In this document: in pieces, positions 1-9,286 of the stretch
Layout of the letters: the number at the start of each line of letters is the position of its first letter
Position numbering within the stretch: the stretch's first letter is position 1
Assembly: GCA_965261345.1 (NCBI GenBank)
Contig: OZ253449.1
Coordinates: forward strand, 1,251,317 to 1,315,316
Length of the DNA: 64,000 nt
Source of the DNA: Chloroflexota bacterium
GTDB lineage: Bacteria; Chloroflexota; UBA11872; VXNJ01
Direction: 5' to 3'
Notes under the pieces: generated by a model
Databases searched by the model: none
Seen by the model: the letters and a program-made list of their open reading frames with translations, nothing else
Told to the model about the DNA's origin: nothing
Translations under genes and position numbers: made by a program

Positions 1-9
1 ACCGGGGCG

Positions 10-1071
10 GTGGGCGGAAGGATGGTCAGCGAGGCGGTCGGAAGGCCGTTTGAGCTGCCGCACGAGGGCGCCTATGCTGAATCCTGCGCGGCGATCGGAA
101 TGATGATGTGGGCGCAGCGAATGCTGTGCGCCAGTGATGACGGGAAATTCGCCGACCAGCTGGAAACCTGCCTTTACAACGCCGTGCTCGCCGGAGTCGA
201 GCGCTCCGGAGAGGCTTATTTCTACGATTGCCCGCAGGCGTGCCTGGAGGCTGAATCCAACCCGCCGTGGGCCGAACGACAGCATCTCGCCGGTCCCGGC
301 TACCGGCAGCGCGAGGGCTGGTTTTTTGACCGCGTGGCCTGTTGCCCGCCCAACCTGGCGCGGGTGCTAAGCCAGCTGCCGGGTTACCTGTACGGCCAGT
401 CCGACGGGCATCTGTGGATCCATCTGTACGCGCCCTCGCGAGTGGAGCTTGCCCTGCCATTTGGGCCATCGGCCGCCCTGCGGGTGCGAACCAACTATCC
501 CTATGGGGGACAGATCGCAATCACCGTGGAGCGGGCCGGCCCCGCGTTTGCCGGTCTGCGGCTCAGGATTCCGGCCTGGTCCCGGGGGGCGGTGCTTTCA
601 GTCAACGGCCAACCGGCGGCGACCGATATCGAATCGGGCTACGCCGTCTTGGCGGGCAATCTGGCCGCCGGTGACGAGATCATCCTGGAGCTGGCGATGC
701 CGGTCGAACTCGCCCGCGCCAGCACCCGTCTGGTTGAGACTCGAGGGCAGGCCGCAATCGTTAGGGGCCCGCTCGTCTATTGCCTGGAGGGCCGCGACAA
801 TCCGGAACATGACCTCAGGGATCTGGCGCTGGCCCCGCACGCGGACCAGCGGGCTCAGCTGCGGGACGGCCCGCTGGGATCGATCGGGATCACCCTGCCC
901 GGCATCGCCTACCAACCGGACCCGGCACTCTATCGCCGGGCGGACCCGGAGGGCCGATTGCCCTCTGGTCGCAACTGCCAGCTGCTGGCGGTTCCCTATG
1001 CGCTGTGGGGCAATCGCGGGCCCGGGCAAATGGCAGTCTGGTCGCCCCAGGCCCAGACCGACCGCGCGTAA
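10..1071 (+). CDS. C-terminal part of a glycoside hydrolase family 127-like (DUF1680/beta-L-arabinofuranosidase family) protein; 5' end lies outside the window
   Basis: The ORF is open to the window edge with no start codon. The Cys-rich CCPPN motif and overall composition resemble the GH127/DUF1680 family, recognised from memory only. Confidence 0.5.
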   Translation: MGGRMVSEAVGRPFELPHEGAYAESCAAIGMMMWAQRMLCASDDGKFADQLETCLYNAVLAGVERSGEAYFYDCPQACLEAESNPPWAERQHLAGPGYRQREGWFFDRVACCPPNLARVLSQLPGYLYGQSDGHLWIHLYAPSRVELALPFGPSAALRVRTNYPYGGQIAITVERAGPAFAGLRLRIPAWSRGAVLSVNGQPAATDIESGYAVLAGNLAAGDEIILELAMPVELARASTRLVETRGQAAIVRGPLVYCLEGRDNPEHDLRDLALAPHADQRAQLRDGPLGSIGITLPGIAYQPDPALYRRADPEGRLPSGRNCQLLAVPYALWGNRGPGQMAVWSPQAQTDRA

Positions 1072-1130
1072 TGCGGCTCGCTTAGCGGAAACTGCAATCG
1101 CCACCGATACAAACCTTCATGTTTTAAGGA

Positions 1131-1709
1131 ATGACCATGCCAGTAACCGACGTCATCGCTAAGCGTCGCAGCGTCAATCGCCTCACCGACCAGGTCCCGA
1201 CCCGGGGCGCGATCGAAAAAATAATTGAGGCCGCACTCTGGGCGCCCAATCACCGTTTCACCCAGCCCTGGCGCTTCCAGATCATTGCCGGAGAAGACCG
1301 GCAGCGGTTCGGCCAGGCTCTGGCCCGGGCCCAGGCGCGACGCCGTCCGCCCGACGGGTCAGCCGCCGAAGCGGCGCTGCAGAAAACCGCCGGACTTTTC
1401 CTGCGCGCCCCGCTGGTTATCGCCGTCTCGGTGGCGCGCTCGCCCGACCCGGTCCAGGACCTGGAGGACTACGGGGCGACCTGTGCGGCCATCCAGAACC
1501 TGCTGCTGGCGGCCTGGGATATCGGGATTGTGTCCAAATGGCGCACCGGCGCCGCCGCCCAGGACCCGGCCGCCCGAAGGTACTTGGGCCTGGGGGCGCG
1601 TGACCGAATCGCCGGGTTCATATATCTGGGGTATCCGGGGCTCGGTCCGATCCCGCCGGGGCGCGACCGCGACCGCGCCCGGATCGAATGGCGATCGCTG
1701 GAGTCCTAG
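1131..1709 (+). CDS. nitroreductase family protein
   Basis: 192-aa ORF. The N-terminal KRRSVNRLTD...IEAALWAPNHRFTQPWRF region is typical of NAD(P)H nitroreductase-fold proteins. Confidence 0.7.
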   Translation: MTMPVTDVIAKRRSVNRLTDQVPTRGAIEKIIEAALWAPNHRFTQPWRFQIIAGEDRQRFGQALARAQARRRPPDGSAAEAALQKTAGLFLRAPLVIAVSVARSPDPVQDLEDYGATCAAIQNLLLAAWDIGIVSKWRTGAAAQDPAARRYLGLGARDRIAGFIYLGYPGLGPIPPGRDRDRARIEWRSLES

Positions 1710-1734
1710 CCGCGAGTCCGCCTCCTACCAATTG

Positions 1735-1768
1735 AAAAAGGGAGCCTTCGAAAAGGCTCCCTTTTTTG
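1735..1768. terminator. bidirectional rho-independent terminator between the nitroreductase gene (+) and amt (-)
   Basis: The sequence aaaaaGGGAGCCTTcgaaaAGGCTCCCtttttt is a perfect 9-bp stem flanked by an A-run and a T-run, so it can terminate on both strands. Confidence 0.7.
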
Positions 1769-1839
1769 CGGATTGGCGGGGGTAGCGGTGGCTGCGCGGC
1801 CGTTTACCGGTTGGCGCAGCCACCGCAGGTCATAGTGAC

Positions 1840-3225
1840 CTAGAAGGCAATGGAACCAGACTCCCCGTAGCCGAACACGCCGTGCTCGTGGATGTCGAGA
1901 CCGTCGAGTTCTTCCACCGGCTCGGCACGCAGACCGATCGTGTGCTTGATTGCCAGGAACAGAATCGTGCAGGTTGCCCCGACCCAGACGACCGTGGCGG
2001 CCGATCCGAGCGCCTGAACGCCCAGCGCGCCAATGTCGCCGTTTATGAACAGCGAGCCCGCGGGACCGCCGAACTTGGGATCGGCAAAGAGCCCGACCGC
2101 CACGGTGCCCCAGATTCCGACCAGCCCGTGGACGGCGATCGCGCCGACTGGGTCGTCGACCCTGAGGACCTTGTCGATGAAGGTGACGCCGTAGACGACC
2201 AGTGCGCCGCCGACTAGACCGATGACCACCGCGGCCCAGGTGTCGACGAAACCGCAGGGAGCGGTTATCGCCACCAGGCCGGCAAGTGCGCCGTTACCGA
2301 TCATGCCCACGTCGGGCTTGCCGCTGACCAGCCAGGAAACGCCCATCGCGGCGATTGCTCCGGCGGCCGCGGCCAGGTTGGTGACCACGATCACACTGGC
2401 AAAGTCCTGTCCCACCGCCGAAAGGGTGGAACCGCCGTTGAAGCCGAACCAGCCGAACCAGAGGATGATCACACCGGCGATCGCCAGCGGAATCGAGTGG
2501 CCAGGAATCACGTGCGAGGTGCCGTCATCGGAGTACTTGCCAATGCGCGGTCCCAGAATGGCGGCGCCGACCAGGGCGGCCACGCCGCCGGTGGTGTGAA
2601 CCACCGAAGAACCGGCAAAGTCGTAGAAGCCGAGCTCGGCCAGCCAGCCGCCGCCCCAGACCCAGTGACCGACCACCGGGTAGATGAACCCGGTCAGGAC
2701 GACCGCGTAGACCAGATAGGCGCGGAAGTGAGTGCGTTCGGCCATCGCTCCGGAGACGATGGTGGCGGCGGTTGCGGCAAAGACCACCTGGAAGAACCAG
2801 TCGGTCGAGAACTGCGCGTCGCCTACATCGATTAGGAAAGCCGAGGTGCCGATTATTCCACCGGCGCTCTCACCGTACATGAAAGCCCAGCCGACCGCCC
2901 AGTAGGAGATCAGGCCGACCGACATGTTCATCAGGTTCTTAGCGCAGATGTTGGCGGCGTTCTTGGTGCGCGTAAATCCGGTCTCAACCAGGGTGAATCC
3001 GGCGTGCATGAAAAACACTAGAGCCCCGGCGACCACGATCCAGAGCTGGTCGACGGTGGCGGTTATCGCCACGATGTCGCCAGCCTCATCGGCCATGACC
3101 AGCGAGGGCAGCACCAGTGCGGCCAGAATCGCTCCGGCCAGCACAAACAGGTACCGGACCGAGAACAGGTAGCTGACCGGCGGGCGCAGGGCGACCGCCC
3201 GGGCAGTGGAAACCATAGTGCTCAT
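1840..3225 (-). CDS. amt: ammonium transporter (Amt family)
   Basis: 461-aa polytopic membrane protein with Amt-type sequence throughout. It lies immediately downstream of, and overlaps, a PII gene. Confidence 0.9.
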   Translation of the reverse strand: MSTMVSTARAVALRPPVSYLFSVRYLFVLAGAILAALVLPSLVMADEAGDIVAITATVDQLWIVVAGALVFFMHAGFTLVETGFTRTKNAANICAKNLMNMSVGLISYWAVGWAFMYGESAGGIIGTSAFLIDVGDAQFSTDWFFQVVFAATAATIVSGAMAERTHFRAYLVYAVVLTGFIYPVVGHWVWGGGWLAELGFYDFAGSSVVHTTGGVAALVGAAILGPRIGKYSDDGTSHVIPGHSIPLAIAGVIILWFGWFGFNGGSTLSAVGQDFASVIVVTNLAAAAGAIAAMGVSWLVSGKPDVGMIGNGALAGLVAITAPCGFVDTWAAVVIGLVGGALVVYGVTFIDKVLRVDDPVGAIAVHGLVGIWGTVAVGLFADPKFGGPAGSLFINGDIGALGVQALGSAATVVWVGATCTILFLAIKHTIGLRAEPVEELDGLDIHEHGVFGYGESGSIAF

Positions 3226-3560
3226 ATTGCGTCCCGCCCGCGCTGCTGGGTTCGGATCCGAACCACGTCCTCGATCGGCAGGACAAAAATCTTGCCGTCG
3301 CCGACCTCGCCGGTGTAGGCGTGCTCGCAGATCAGCGCTATCAGCTGGTCTACGTTTTCGTCGCCTAGGACGATTTCGAGCTTGATCTTGGGCCGGAAGA
3401 TGATGGACGCCCGTACCCCGCGGTAGGTTTCGGTGTAACCGCGCTGGGAACCGGCGCCGCGGACTTCGCTTACGCTCAGGCCGTGGAATCCGGCCTTGTC
3501 GAGCGCGTCACGAAGCGGCTCAAGCACCTCGTGGCGAATTACGGCCTCTACTTTTTTCAT
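3222..3560 (-). CDS. glnK: nitrogen regulatory protein P-II (GlnK/GlnB)
   Basis: 112-aa ORF with the canonical PII sequence MKKVEAVIR...GAGSQRGYTETYRG and T-loop region. It is co-oriented with amt and overlaps it by 4 nt. Confidence 0.9.
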   Translation of the reverse strand: MKKVEAVIRHEVLEPLRDALDKAGFHGLSVSEVRGAGSQRGYTETYRGVRASIIFRPKIKLEIVLGDENVDQLIALICEHAYTGEVGDGKIFVLPIEDVVRIRTQQRGRDAI

Positions 3561-4041
3561 GTGTCTCCTCTCAAAGGTGACGTGTTACAAAGGTCCCCGC
3601 GCGCAGCTTGGCAATGGCGGTCGGGGGAGAGATTCCGGCCGACCGGATACAGCTAATCTGCGGTTGCGATTGGGGCGTAGAGCAGTAAAATCCCTCTCGC
3701 TCTGATCGCGGGATTGGCGGCACTGACTTGGCCTTTGGACCGTTACCGACGGTCCTTCCCCGGAAAACCGGGCCCGGGTCGTCTTGACCCTATCTACACC
3801 TACGCAATGTGCAGGCGGCGGCGATTCCAGATCATTGAAGGATTGGACACGCGACGGCATCGTCGGTCCGCGCCCGGTCGCCACCGAGGTTTTGGATGAC
3901 CAAATGTTAACAACATTGGGCTGTGTTCGGGGCGGCGGTCCGCTATTCCCGGCGGCGGCCGCTTTGTGGCCGAAAATCTAGGACCGCCTACGTTTTTGTA
4001 AAAAAACCAAATCCATACCAAAAAGCCATTGAACTACCGCC

Positions 4042-4395
4042 ATGCACTGCCCTGACTGCGACCACGAGAACACCAGCGGCGCCTGGCTTTGCATCAACTG
4101 CGGAGCCAAGCTGCCGCGCGAAGGCGCGACCGAACAGGAACAGGACGCCGGCGAAGAGGGCCAGCCCGACGAGCCGAGCCGCTTTGAGCCGGCAATATCT
4201 GAGAATCTGCGTCGCCTGCGCGAACGGGCACAGCGCCCGGCGCGGTCCGGTTCCGGGCCGTCACAAAGGCGATCGGGGCAGATGAAGATGCCGGAGGTCT
4301 CGTCCGGGACGGTGCTGGGATTCCCGCTTTCCTTCTGGCTGGTTGCCATTTTCATATTCGTGGTGACCGCGATGGTGCTCTCCAACCTCAACTAG
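4042..4395 (+). CDS. small zinc-ribbon protein with a C-terminal transmembrane helix (hypothetical)
   Basis: The N-terminus HCPDCDHEN...CINCGAKL forms two CxxC pairs. The C-terminal hydrophobic stretch LGFPLSFWLVAIFIFVVTAMVL looks like a membrane anchor. The gene sits between glnK-amt and glnA. Confidence 0.4.
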   Translation: MHCPDCDHENTSGAWLCINCGAKLPREGATEQEQDAGEEGQPDEPSRFEPAISENLRRLRERAQRPARSGSGPSQRRSGQMKMPEVSSGTVLGFPLSFWLVAIFIFVVTAMVLSNLN

Positions 4396-4580
4396 CGGTT
4401 GCTTGGCGGCCGGCCGGCGTTGGCCGTTCTTGCATAATTTGGCGGCAATTTGTAAAAATTGGTAACCTGAGCGCTAAAGTGTTGCCCGGCCTCGCTGCTA
4501 CCGAGCCGCTCGACAACGACTGTCGCGAGACTTGAACGTTCTAACTGACCCTGGTTGTTTAGAAGAAAGATAGTCATTCC

Positions 4581-6011
4581 ATGAGCGACCGTTCCGAGCA
4601 AATCCAAAAGGTAATGCGGATGGCCCGCGACGCGGACTGCCAGTTCGTGGATTTGCGATTTACCGACCTGCCCGGGACCTGGCAGCACTTCTCGATCCCG
4701 ATCGCATATCTGGATGAGGACCTTTTCGTAAATGGATCGGGATTCGACGGCTCCAGCATCCGTGGATTCCAGGCAATCAATGAATCCGACATGCTGGTTA
4801 TCCCCGACCCTTCGACCGCGTTCGTGGACCCGATCCTGGCCGCCCCGACCCTTGTGATGGTCTGTGACATCGAGGACCCGCTTACCCGTCAGCGCTACTC
4901 GCGCGATCCCCGCAACATCGCCAACAAGGCCGTCGCCCACTTGGCTTCAACCGGGATTGCCGATTCCAGCTTCTGGGGGCCGGAAGCTGAATTCTTCATC
5001 TTTGACCACGTCAGTTACGACGAATCGGCCAACGGAAGCTTCTTTACGATCGACTCCGACGAGGGTATCTGGAATGCTGGCCGCCCGGAGACCAACCTGG
5101 GCCATCGCCCCCGCCACAAAGAGGGCTATTTCCCGACCCCGCCGGCGGACTCGCAGCAGGACATCCGCTCGGAGATGGTCTCGGCGATGATCGAAATCGG
5201 AATCGATGTGGAGCTTCATCACCACGAGGTGGCAACCGCCGGCCAGGCCGAGATTGACCTGCGCTACGCTCCGTTGGTGGAGCAGGCCGACAAGTTGATG
5301 GCCTACAAGTACATCGTCAAAAACATTGCCAAGATCAACGGCCACACCGCCACGTTCATGCCTAAACCGGTGCTCGGCGACAACGGTTCGGGTATGCACT
5401 GCCACCAGAGCCTGTGGAAGGATGGCGAGCCGCTCTTCTACGGCGGGGAGGGCAACTACGGGTTGCTCTCGGAGACCGCCCGCTGGTATGTCGGTGGCCT
5501 GCTCAAGCACGCCGACTCGCTGCTGGCGTTCTGCGCCCCGACCACCAATTCCTACAAGCGGCTGGTGCCCGGCTTCGAGGCCCCGGTAAACCTGGTCTAC
5601 TCCCAGCGCAACCGCTCGGCCTGCGTACGCATTCCGACCTACTCGCCCGCACCGGCGGCCCGGCGAATCGAGTTCCGCTCGCCTGATCCAACCGCCAACC
5701 CGTACCTGGCCTTTTCGGCGATGCTGATGGCCGGGCTTGACGGAATCGTCAACCAGATAGAGCCGCCCGACCCGGTCGACGAGGACATCTACGAGCTTCC
5801 GGCCGAACGCCTGGCCGCGATCGCCTCGGTGCCGGGATCGCTCGAGGAGGCCCTAAACGCCCTGGAAGCCGATCATGAATATCTGTTCGCCGGCGACGTG
5901 TTCACCCCGGACGTGATCGCGACCTGGCTCGAGTACAAACGCGACGGTGAGGTCAGTGAGCAGCGCCTGCGACCGACCCCGTGGGAGTTCTTCAAGTACT
6001 ACGACGCCTAG
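4581..6011 (+). CDS. glnA: glutamine synthetase, type I
   Basis: 476-aa ORF with GS-I hallmarks, including the ATP-binding KPVLGDNGSGMHCHQSLW region and the adenylylation-site loop. Confidence 0.95.
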   Translation: MSDRSEQIQKVMRMARDADCQFVDLRFTDLPGTWQHFSIPIAYLDEDLFVNGSGFDGSSIRGFQAINESDMLVIPDPSTAFVDPILAAPTLVMVCDIEDPLTRQRYSRDPRNIANKAVAHLASTGIADSSFWGPEAEFFIFDHVSYDESANGSFFTIDSDEGIWNAGRPETNLGHRPRHKEGYFPTPPADSQQDIRSEMVSAMIEIGIDVELHHHEVATAGQAEIDLRYAPLVEQADKLMAYKYIVKNIAKINGHTATFMPKPVLGDNGSGMHCHQSLWKDGEPLFYGGEGNYGLLSETARWYVGGLLKHADSLLAFCAPTTNSYKRLVPGFEAPVNLVYSQRNRSACVRIPTYSPAPAARRIEFRSPDPTANPYLAFSAMLMAGLDGIVNQIEPPDPVDEDIYELPAERLAAIASVPGSLEEALNALEADHEYLFAGDVFTPDVIATWLEYKRDGEVSEQRLRPTPWEFFKYYDA

Positions 6012-6061
6012 GCGGTAGCCGCGCTAAATCGGTGGCCGACCGGCCGCCGACCAGGTGATTT

Positions 6062-6093
6062 AAGGCCCTCGGATCCTTAGATCCGAGGGCCTT
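6062..6093 (+). terminator. strong stem-loop downstream of glnA (putative terminator; weak U tract)
   Basis: AAGGCCCTCGGATCcttaGATCCGAGGGCCTT forms a 14-bp perfect stem. The T tract after it is poor, so intrinsic termination is uncertain. Confidence 0.4.
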
Positions 6094-6148
6094 AGCCCTC
6101 GCAACTAGCCGGGAAGCGATCGGTACGTAGCCGATCCGGGTTTATTTG

Positions 6149-6172
6149 AAAAAACGCGCCGCCGGATCGGCG
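6149..6172 (-). terminator. rho-independent terminator for the minus-strand enolase-superfamily gene
   Basis: On the minus strand the hairpin CGCCGATCCGGCGGCG is followed by TTTTTT. It lies about 100 nt downstream of the stop at 6279. Confidence 0.5.
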
Positions 6173-6278
6173 TTCGGGCGATGTGGTGTCGGCCCACCAA
6201 CACTTCGGCGGTCGGGGCATTGCACCGCAGCGCGGCGATGCCCGGGGCCCGGATCCACTGGCATAGACAGAGAAATCG

Positions 6279-7457
6279 TCAGGCCAGTTTGACGTGGCCG
6301 GTTCGGTGGGCGTTTATCCACTCCCAGTCAATTTCCACCCCAATTCCCGGCCCTTCCGGAGCAAAGACATTGCCCTGGCTGTCGATGCTGTCTAGGTCGT
6401 CGCTGTAATCGACATATATGGGGTGCAGCGGAGCCAATGGTCGCGCCACCTTTGGATGCACCAACCCGAGCTCGTAGTAGTTGGTGTTGCGGATCGAAGA
6501 CATCAGGTGCCGGTGCACCGGCCCCGGGGAATGAATCTCCACGTCGATGCCGAATCCCTCGGCGGCGTGGGCGATCTTCATCACGCCGGTGACCCCGCCG
6601 TCCTGGTAGGCGCCCGCCCGCATGTAGTCGGTCGCCTCGGCGAGCAGGAAATTCACGTGCTGTTCTAGCAGTCGGATGTGCTCGGTCTGCAGAATCGGGG
6701 TGCGGAGCATCTCGCGCAGCTTGCGATGCGCGTAGGTGGAGACGCCGCCATCCCGGTAGGGGTCCTCAATCCAGAAGAAGTTCGCCTCATCGCAGGCCCT
6801 CCCGACCGCCAGCGCCTGGGCGAAATTCTCGAGCTCGCAGGCCGGATCGAGCATCAGCGCCATGTTCTCGCCCACCGCTGCGCGCATGCCAAGCACGTTG
6901 TCGATCTCGCGCTGGATGTTCTGTCCCGCCAGGCCCCAGCCGTGGATCTTGAAGGCGGTATAACCCATGTCGCGGCACCGCACTGCAAATTCGGCGAACT
7001 GCTCCGGGGTGGTGAGCCCGCCGTTCTCATCACCGTGCAGGGTTGATGCGTAGGCGGGCAGCGGGCGCCGGGTCCCGCCGAGGAGGCGGTACAACGGTTC
7101 GCCGTACAGCTTGCCGGCGATGTCCCAGAGGCAGATGTCGATGACGCCGACACCGGTCATATCAAATTGCCGGAGGGCGCGCTTGCAGTCGTTGTAGATC
7201 TTCTCCCGCCCGGTGGCGTCCTTACCGATGAGGTACCCGGCGCAAATTGCCACCTGGGCCTGGGTCGGCCCCATAAAGACGGGGAACTCGCCGGTGATGC
7301 CGGCATCGGTGTGGATCTGGAGGATGGCTCCGGATTGCTTGAGCGTGCCGCCCGGTTCGTAGACGATGTTGAAGGTGTTGTAGTCCTTGCCGAGGTCGTT
7401 GTTGGTGAACTCATAGCTTGTGAGCTCAACCCCGGTAATGACTGGAACGCTGTTCAT
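6279..7457 (-). CDS. enolase-superfamily protein (mandelate racemase/muconate lactonizing enzyme-like, probable sugar-acid dehydratase), tandem copy 1
   Basis: The DICLWDIAGKLYGEPLYRLLGG motif and overall MR/MLE-like sequence support the call. The start was moved to the internal Met (MNSVPVITGV...) by alignment with the downstream paralog. Confidence 0.7.
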   Translation of the reverse strand: MNSVPVITGVELTSYEFTNNDLGKDYNTFNIVYEPGGTLKQSGAILQIHTDAGITGEFPVFMGPTQAQVAICAGYLIGKDATGREKIYNDCKRALRQFDMTGVGVIDICLWDIAGKLYGEPLYRLLGGTRRPLPAYASTLHGDENGGLTTPEQFAEFAVRCRDMGYTAFKIHGWGLAGQNIQREIDNVLGMRAAVGENMALMLDPACELENFAQALAVGRACDEANFFWIEDPYRDGGVSTYAHRKLREMLRTPILQTEHIRLLEQHVNFLLAEATDYMRAGAYQDGGVTGVMKIAHAAEGFGIDVEIHSPGPVHRHLMSSIRNTNYYELGLVHPKVARPLAPLHPIYVDYSDDLDSIDSQGNVFAPEGPGIGVEIDWEWINAHRTGHVKLA

Positions 7458-7696
7458 GGCCTGGTCCTGGTGGCTGATTAGGTGGTTTATGGTACGGCAG
7501 GGTTGGTGGCCCATCGGGCGATGGCGCCGGGGCGCAGCGGCCTATTTGAGGCGTGATCGAATTGGGCTGACCCAATATCGCCGACCTTACCCGGGGCGCG
7601 CCGGCGCCAGCCGATAATTCCGGCGCCGACTTGACCCTTCAGGTGATCCTGCGGGCGATGTCAACGGGCCCGCCGACGGCGTTTGGGCCAATGCCC

Positions 7697-8872
7697 TCAG
7701 GCCAATTTGACGTGGCCGGTGCGGTGGGCGTTTAGCCATTCCCAGTCGAGCGGCACCCCGATACCTGGACCCTCCGGGGCAAAGACGTTGCCGGCGTTGT
7801 CGATGGCGTCCAGATCGTCGCTGTAATCGCCGCAATACGGGTGCTGCGGGACCGACGATTCCGAGTATGGGTGTACCAGGCCAAGCTCATAGAAATTGGT
7901 GTTGCGAATCGAGGACATCAGGTGTCGGTGCACCGGTCCCGGGGCGTGAATCTCCACATCGATGCCGAAACCCTCGGCGGCGTGGGCGATCTTCATCACG
8001 CCGGTGACCCCGCCGTCCTGGTAGGCGCCCGCCCGCAGGTAATCGGTCCCCTTAGCGAGCAGGAAATTCACATGCTGTTCCAGCATACGGATGTGTTCGG
8101 TTTGCAGGAGCGGGGTCTGGATCATCGCACGCAGCTTGCGATGCGCGTAGGTGGAGACTCCGCCGTCGCGGAACGGATCTTCGTACCAGAAGAAGTTCGC
8201 CTCATCGCAGGCCCTCCCGACCGCCAACGCCTGGGCGAAATTCTCGAGCTCGCAGGCCGGGTCGAGCATCAGCGCCATCTTCTCGCCCACCGCCGCGCGC
8301 ACGCCAAGCACGTTGTCGATCTCGCGCCGGATGTTTTGTCCCGCCAGGCCCCAGCCGTGGATCTTGAATCCGGGGTACCCCATGTCGCGGCACCGTACCG
8401 CAAAGTCTGCAAACTGCTGCGGGTCGCCCAGCCCGCCGTTCTCATCCCCGTGCAGGGTAGAGGCGTAGGCGGGCAGCGGGCGCCGGGTCCCGCCGAGGAG
8501 GCGGTACAACGGCTCGCCGTAGAGCTTGCCGGCGATGTCCCAGAGGCAGATGTCGATTGCGCTAAGCCCGGTCATATCGAATTGCCGGAGGGCGCGCTTG
8601 CAGTCGTTGTAGATCTTCTCCCGCCCGGTGGCGTTCTTGCCGATGAGGTACCCGGCGCAAATTGCCACCTGGGCCTGGGTCGGACCCGCCGGGACCGGAA
8701 ACTCCCCGGTTATGCCGGCATCGGTGTGGATCTGGAGGATGGCCCCGGATTGCTTGAGCTTGCCGCCCGGTTCGTAGACCAAGTTGAAGGTGTTGTAGTC
8801 GGTGCCAAGATCGTTCGAGGCAAATTCATAGCTTGTGAGCTCAACCCCGGAAATGACTGGGACGCTGTCCAT
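7697..8872 (-). CDS. enolase-superfamily protein (MR/MLE-like), tandem copy 2
   Basis: 391-aa protein roughly 85% identical to copy 1, including long stretches of near-identical DNA. Confidence 0.7.
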   Translation of the reverse strand: MDSVPVISGVELTSYEFASNDLGTDYNTFNLVYEPGGKLKQSGAILQIHTDAGITGEFPVPAGPTQAQVAICAGYLIGKNATGREKIYNDCKRALRQFDMTGLSAIDICLWDIAGKLYGEPLYRLLGGTRRPLPAYASTLHGDENGGLGDPQQFADFAVRCRDMGYPGFKIHGWGLAGQNIRREIDNVLGVRAAVGEKMALMLDPACELENFAQALAVGRACDEANFFWYEDPFRDGGVSTYAHRKLRAMIQTPLLQTEHIRMLEQHVNFLLAKGTDYLRAGAYQDGGVTGVMKIAHAAEGFGIDVEIHAPGPVHRHLMSSIRNTNFYELGLVHPYSESSVPQHPYCGDYSDDLDAIDNAGNVFAPEGPGIGVPLDWEWLNAHRTGHVKLA

Positions 8873-9286
8873 GGCCTGGTCCTTTTAAAGAACAGTGCGC
8901 GGCCTTGGCCGGTCTGCCGTAAAGATTGATTGGGCCGCCCGGACGCGAACCGCCGTAAGCACGCTTTCGCTCCCGGGGCCGTCCTAGAGCTTTCCAATTC
9001 CGCCCATTGTCCCCTGCCCGGGATTGGTTGCCCGCCGGCTAGGCCCGGCGCGACCCGGCCGGAGTTTTGACCAAATGCCGGTTTGAGCCAGGACCGGCCA
9101 GCGGTACCGCTTAAGCGATCAATTTGGCCGCCCGCCCGCGGTCAATTTATGGCTGAACTGGTTGTCTGAGTGGGATGGGTGTGGGCCGGGCGCGGGCGGC
9201 CCGTTTTCTCGTGTGGGCTACGCCGGCCCCGGCGGCGGCCTCAACCTTCTCAGTCGAAATTGCCGATCGGGGATTCGGCGCGGCGG

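Noticed and set aside
3561-4041. Searched for tRNA genes and rRNA genes here and in the other larger intergenic regions (16600-16800, 17072-17424, 34320-35035, 38549-39180, 62558-63238).
   Set aside because: I saw no GTTCGA/TTCRANYC T-loop-like box with matching acceptor stems and no rRNA-like conserved blocks, so none is reported.
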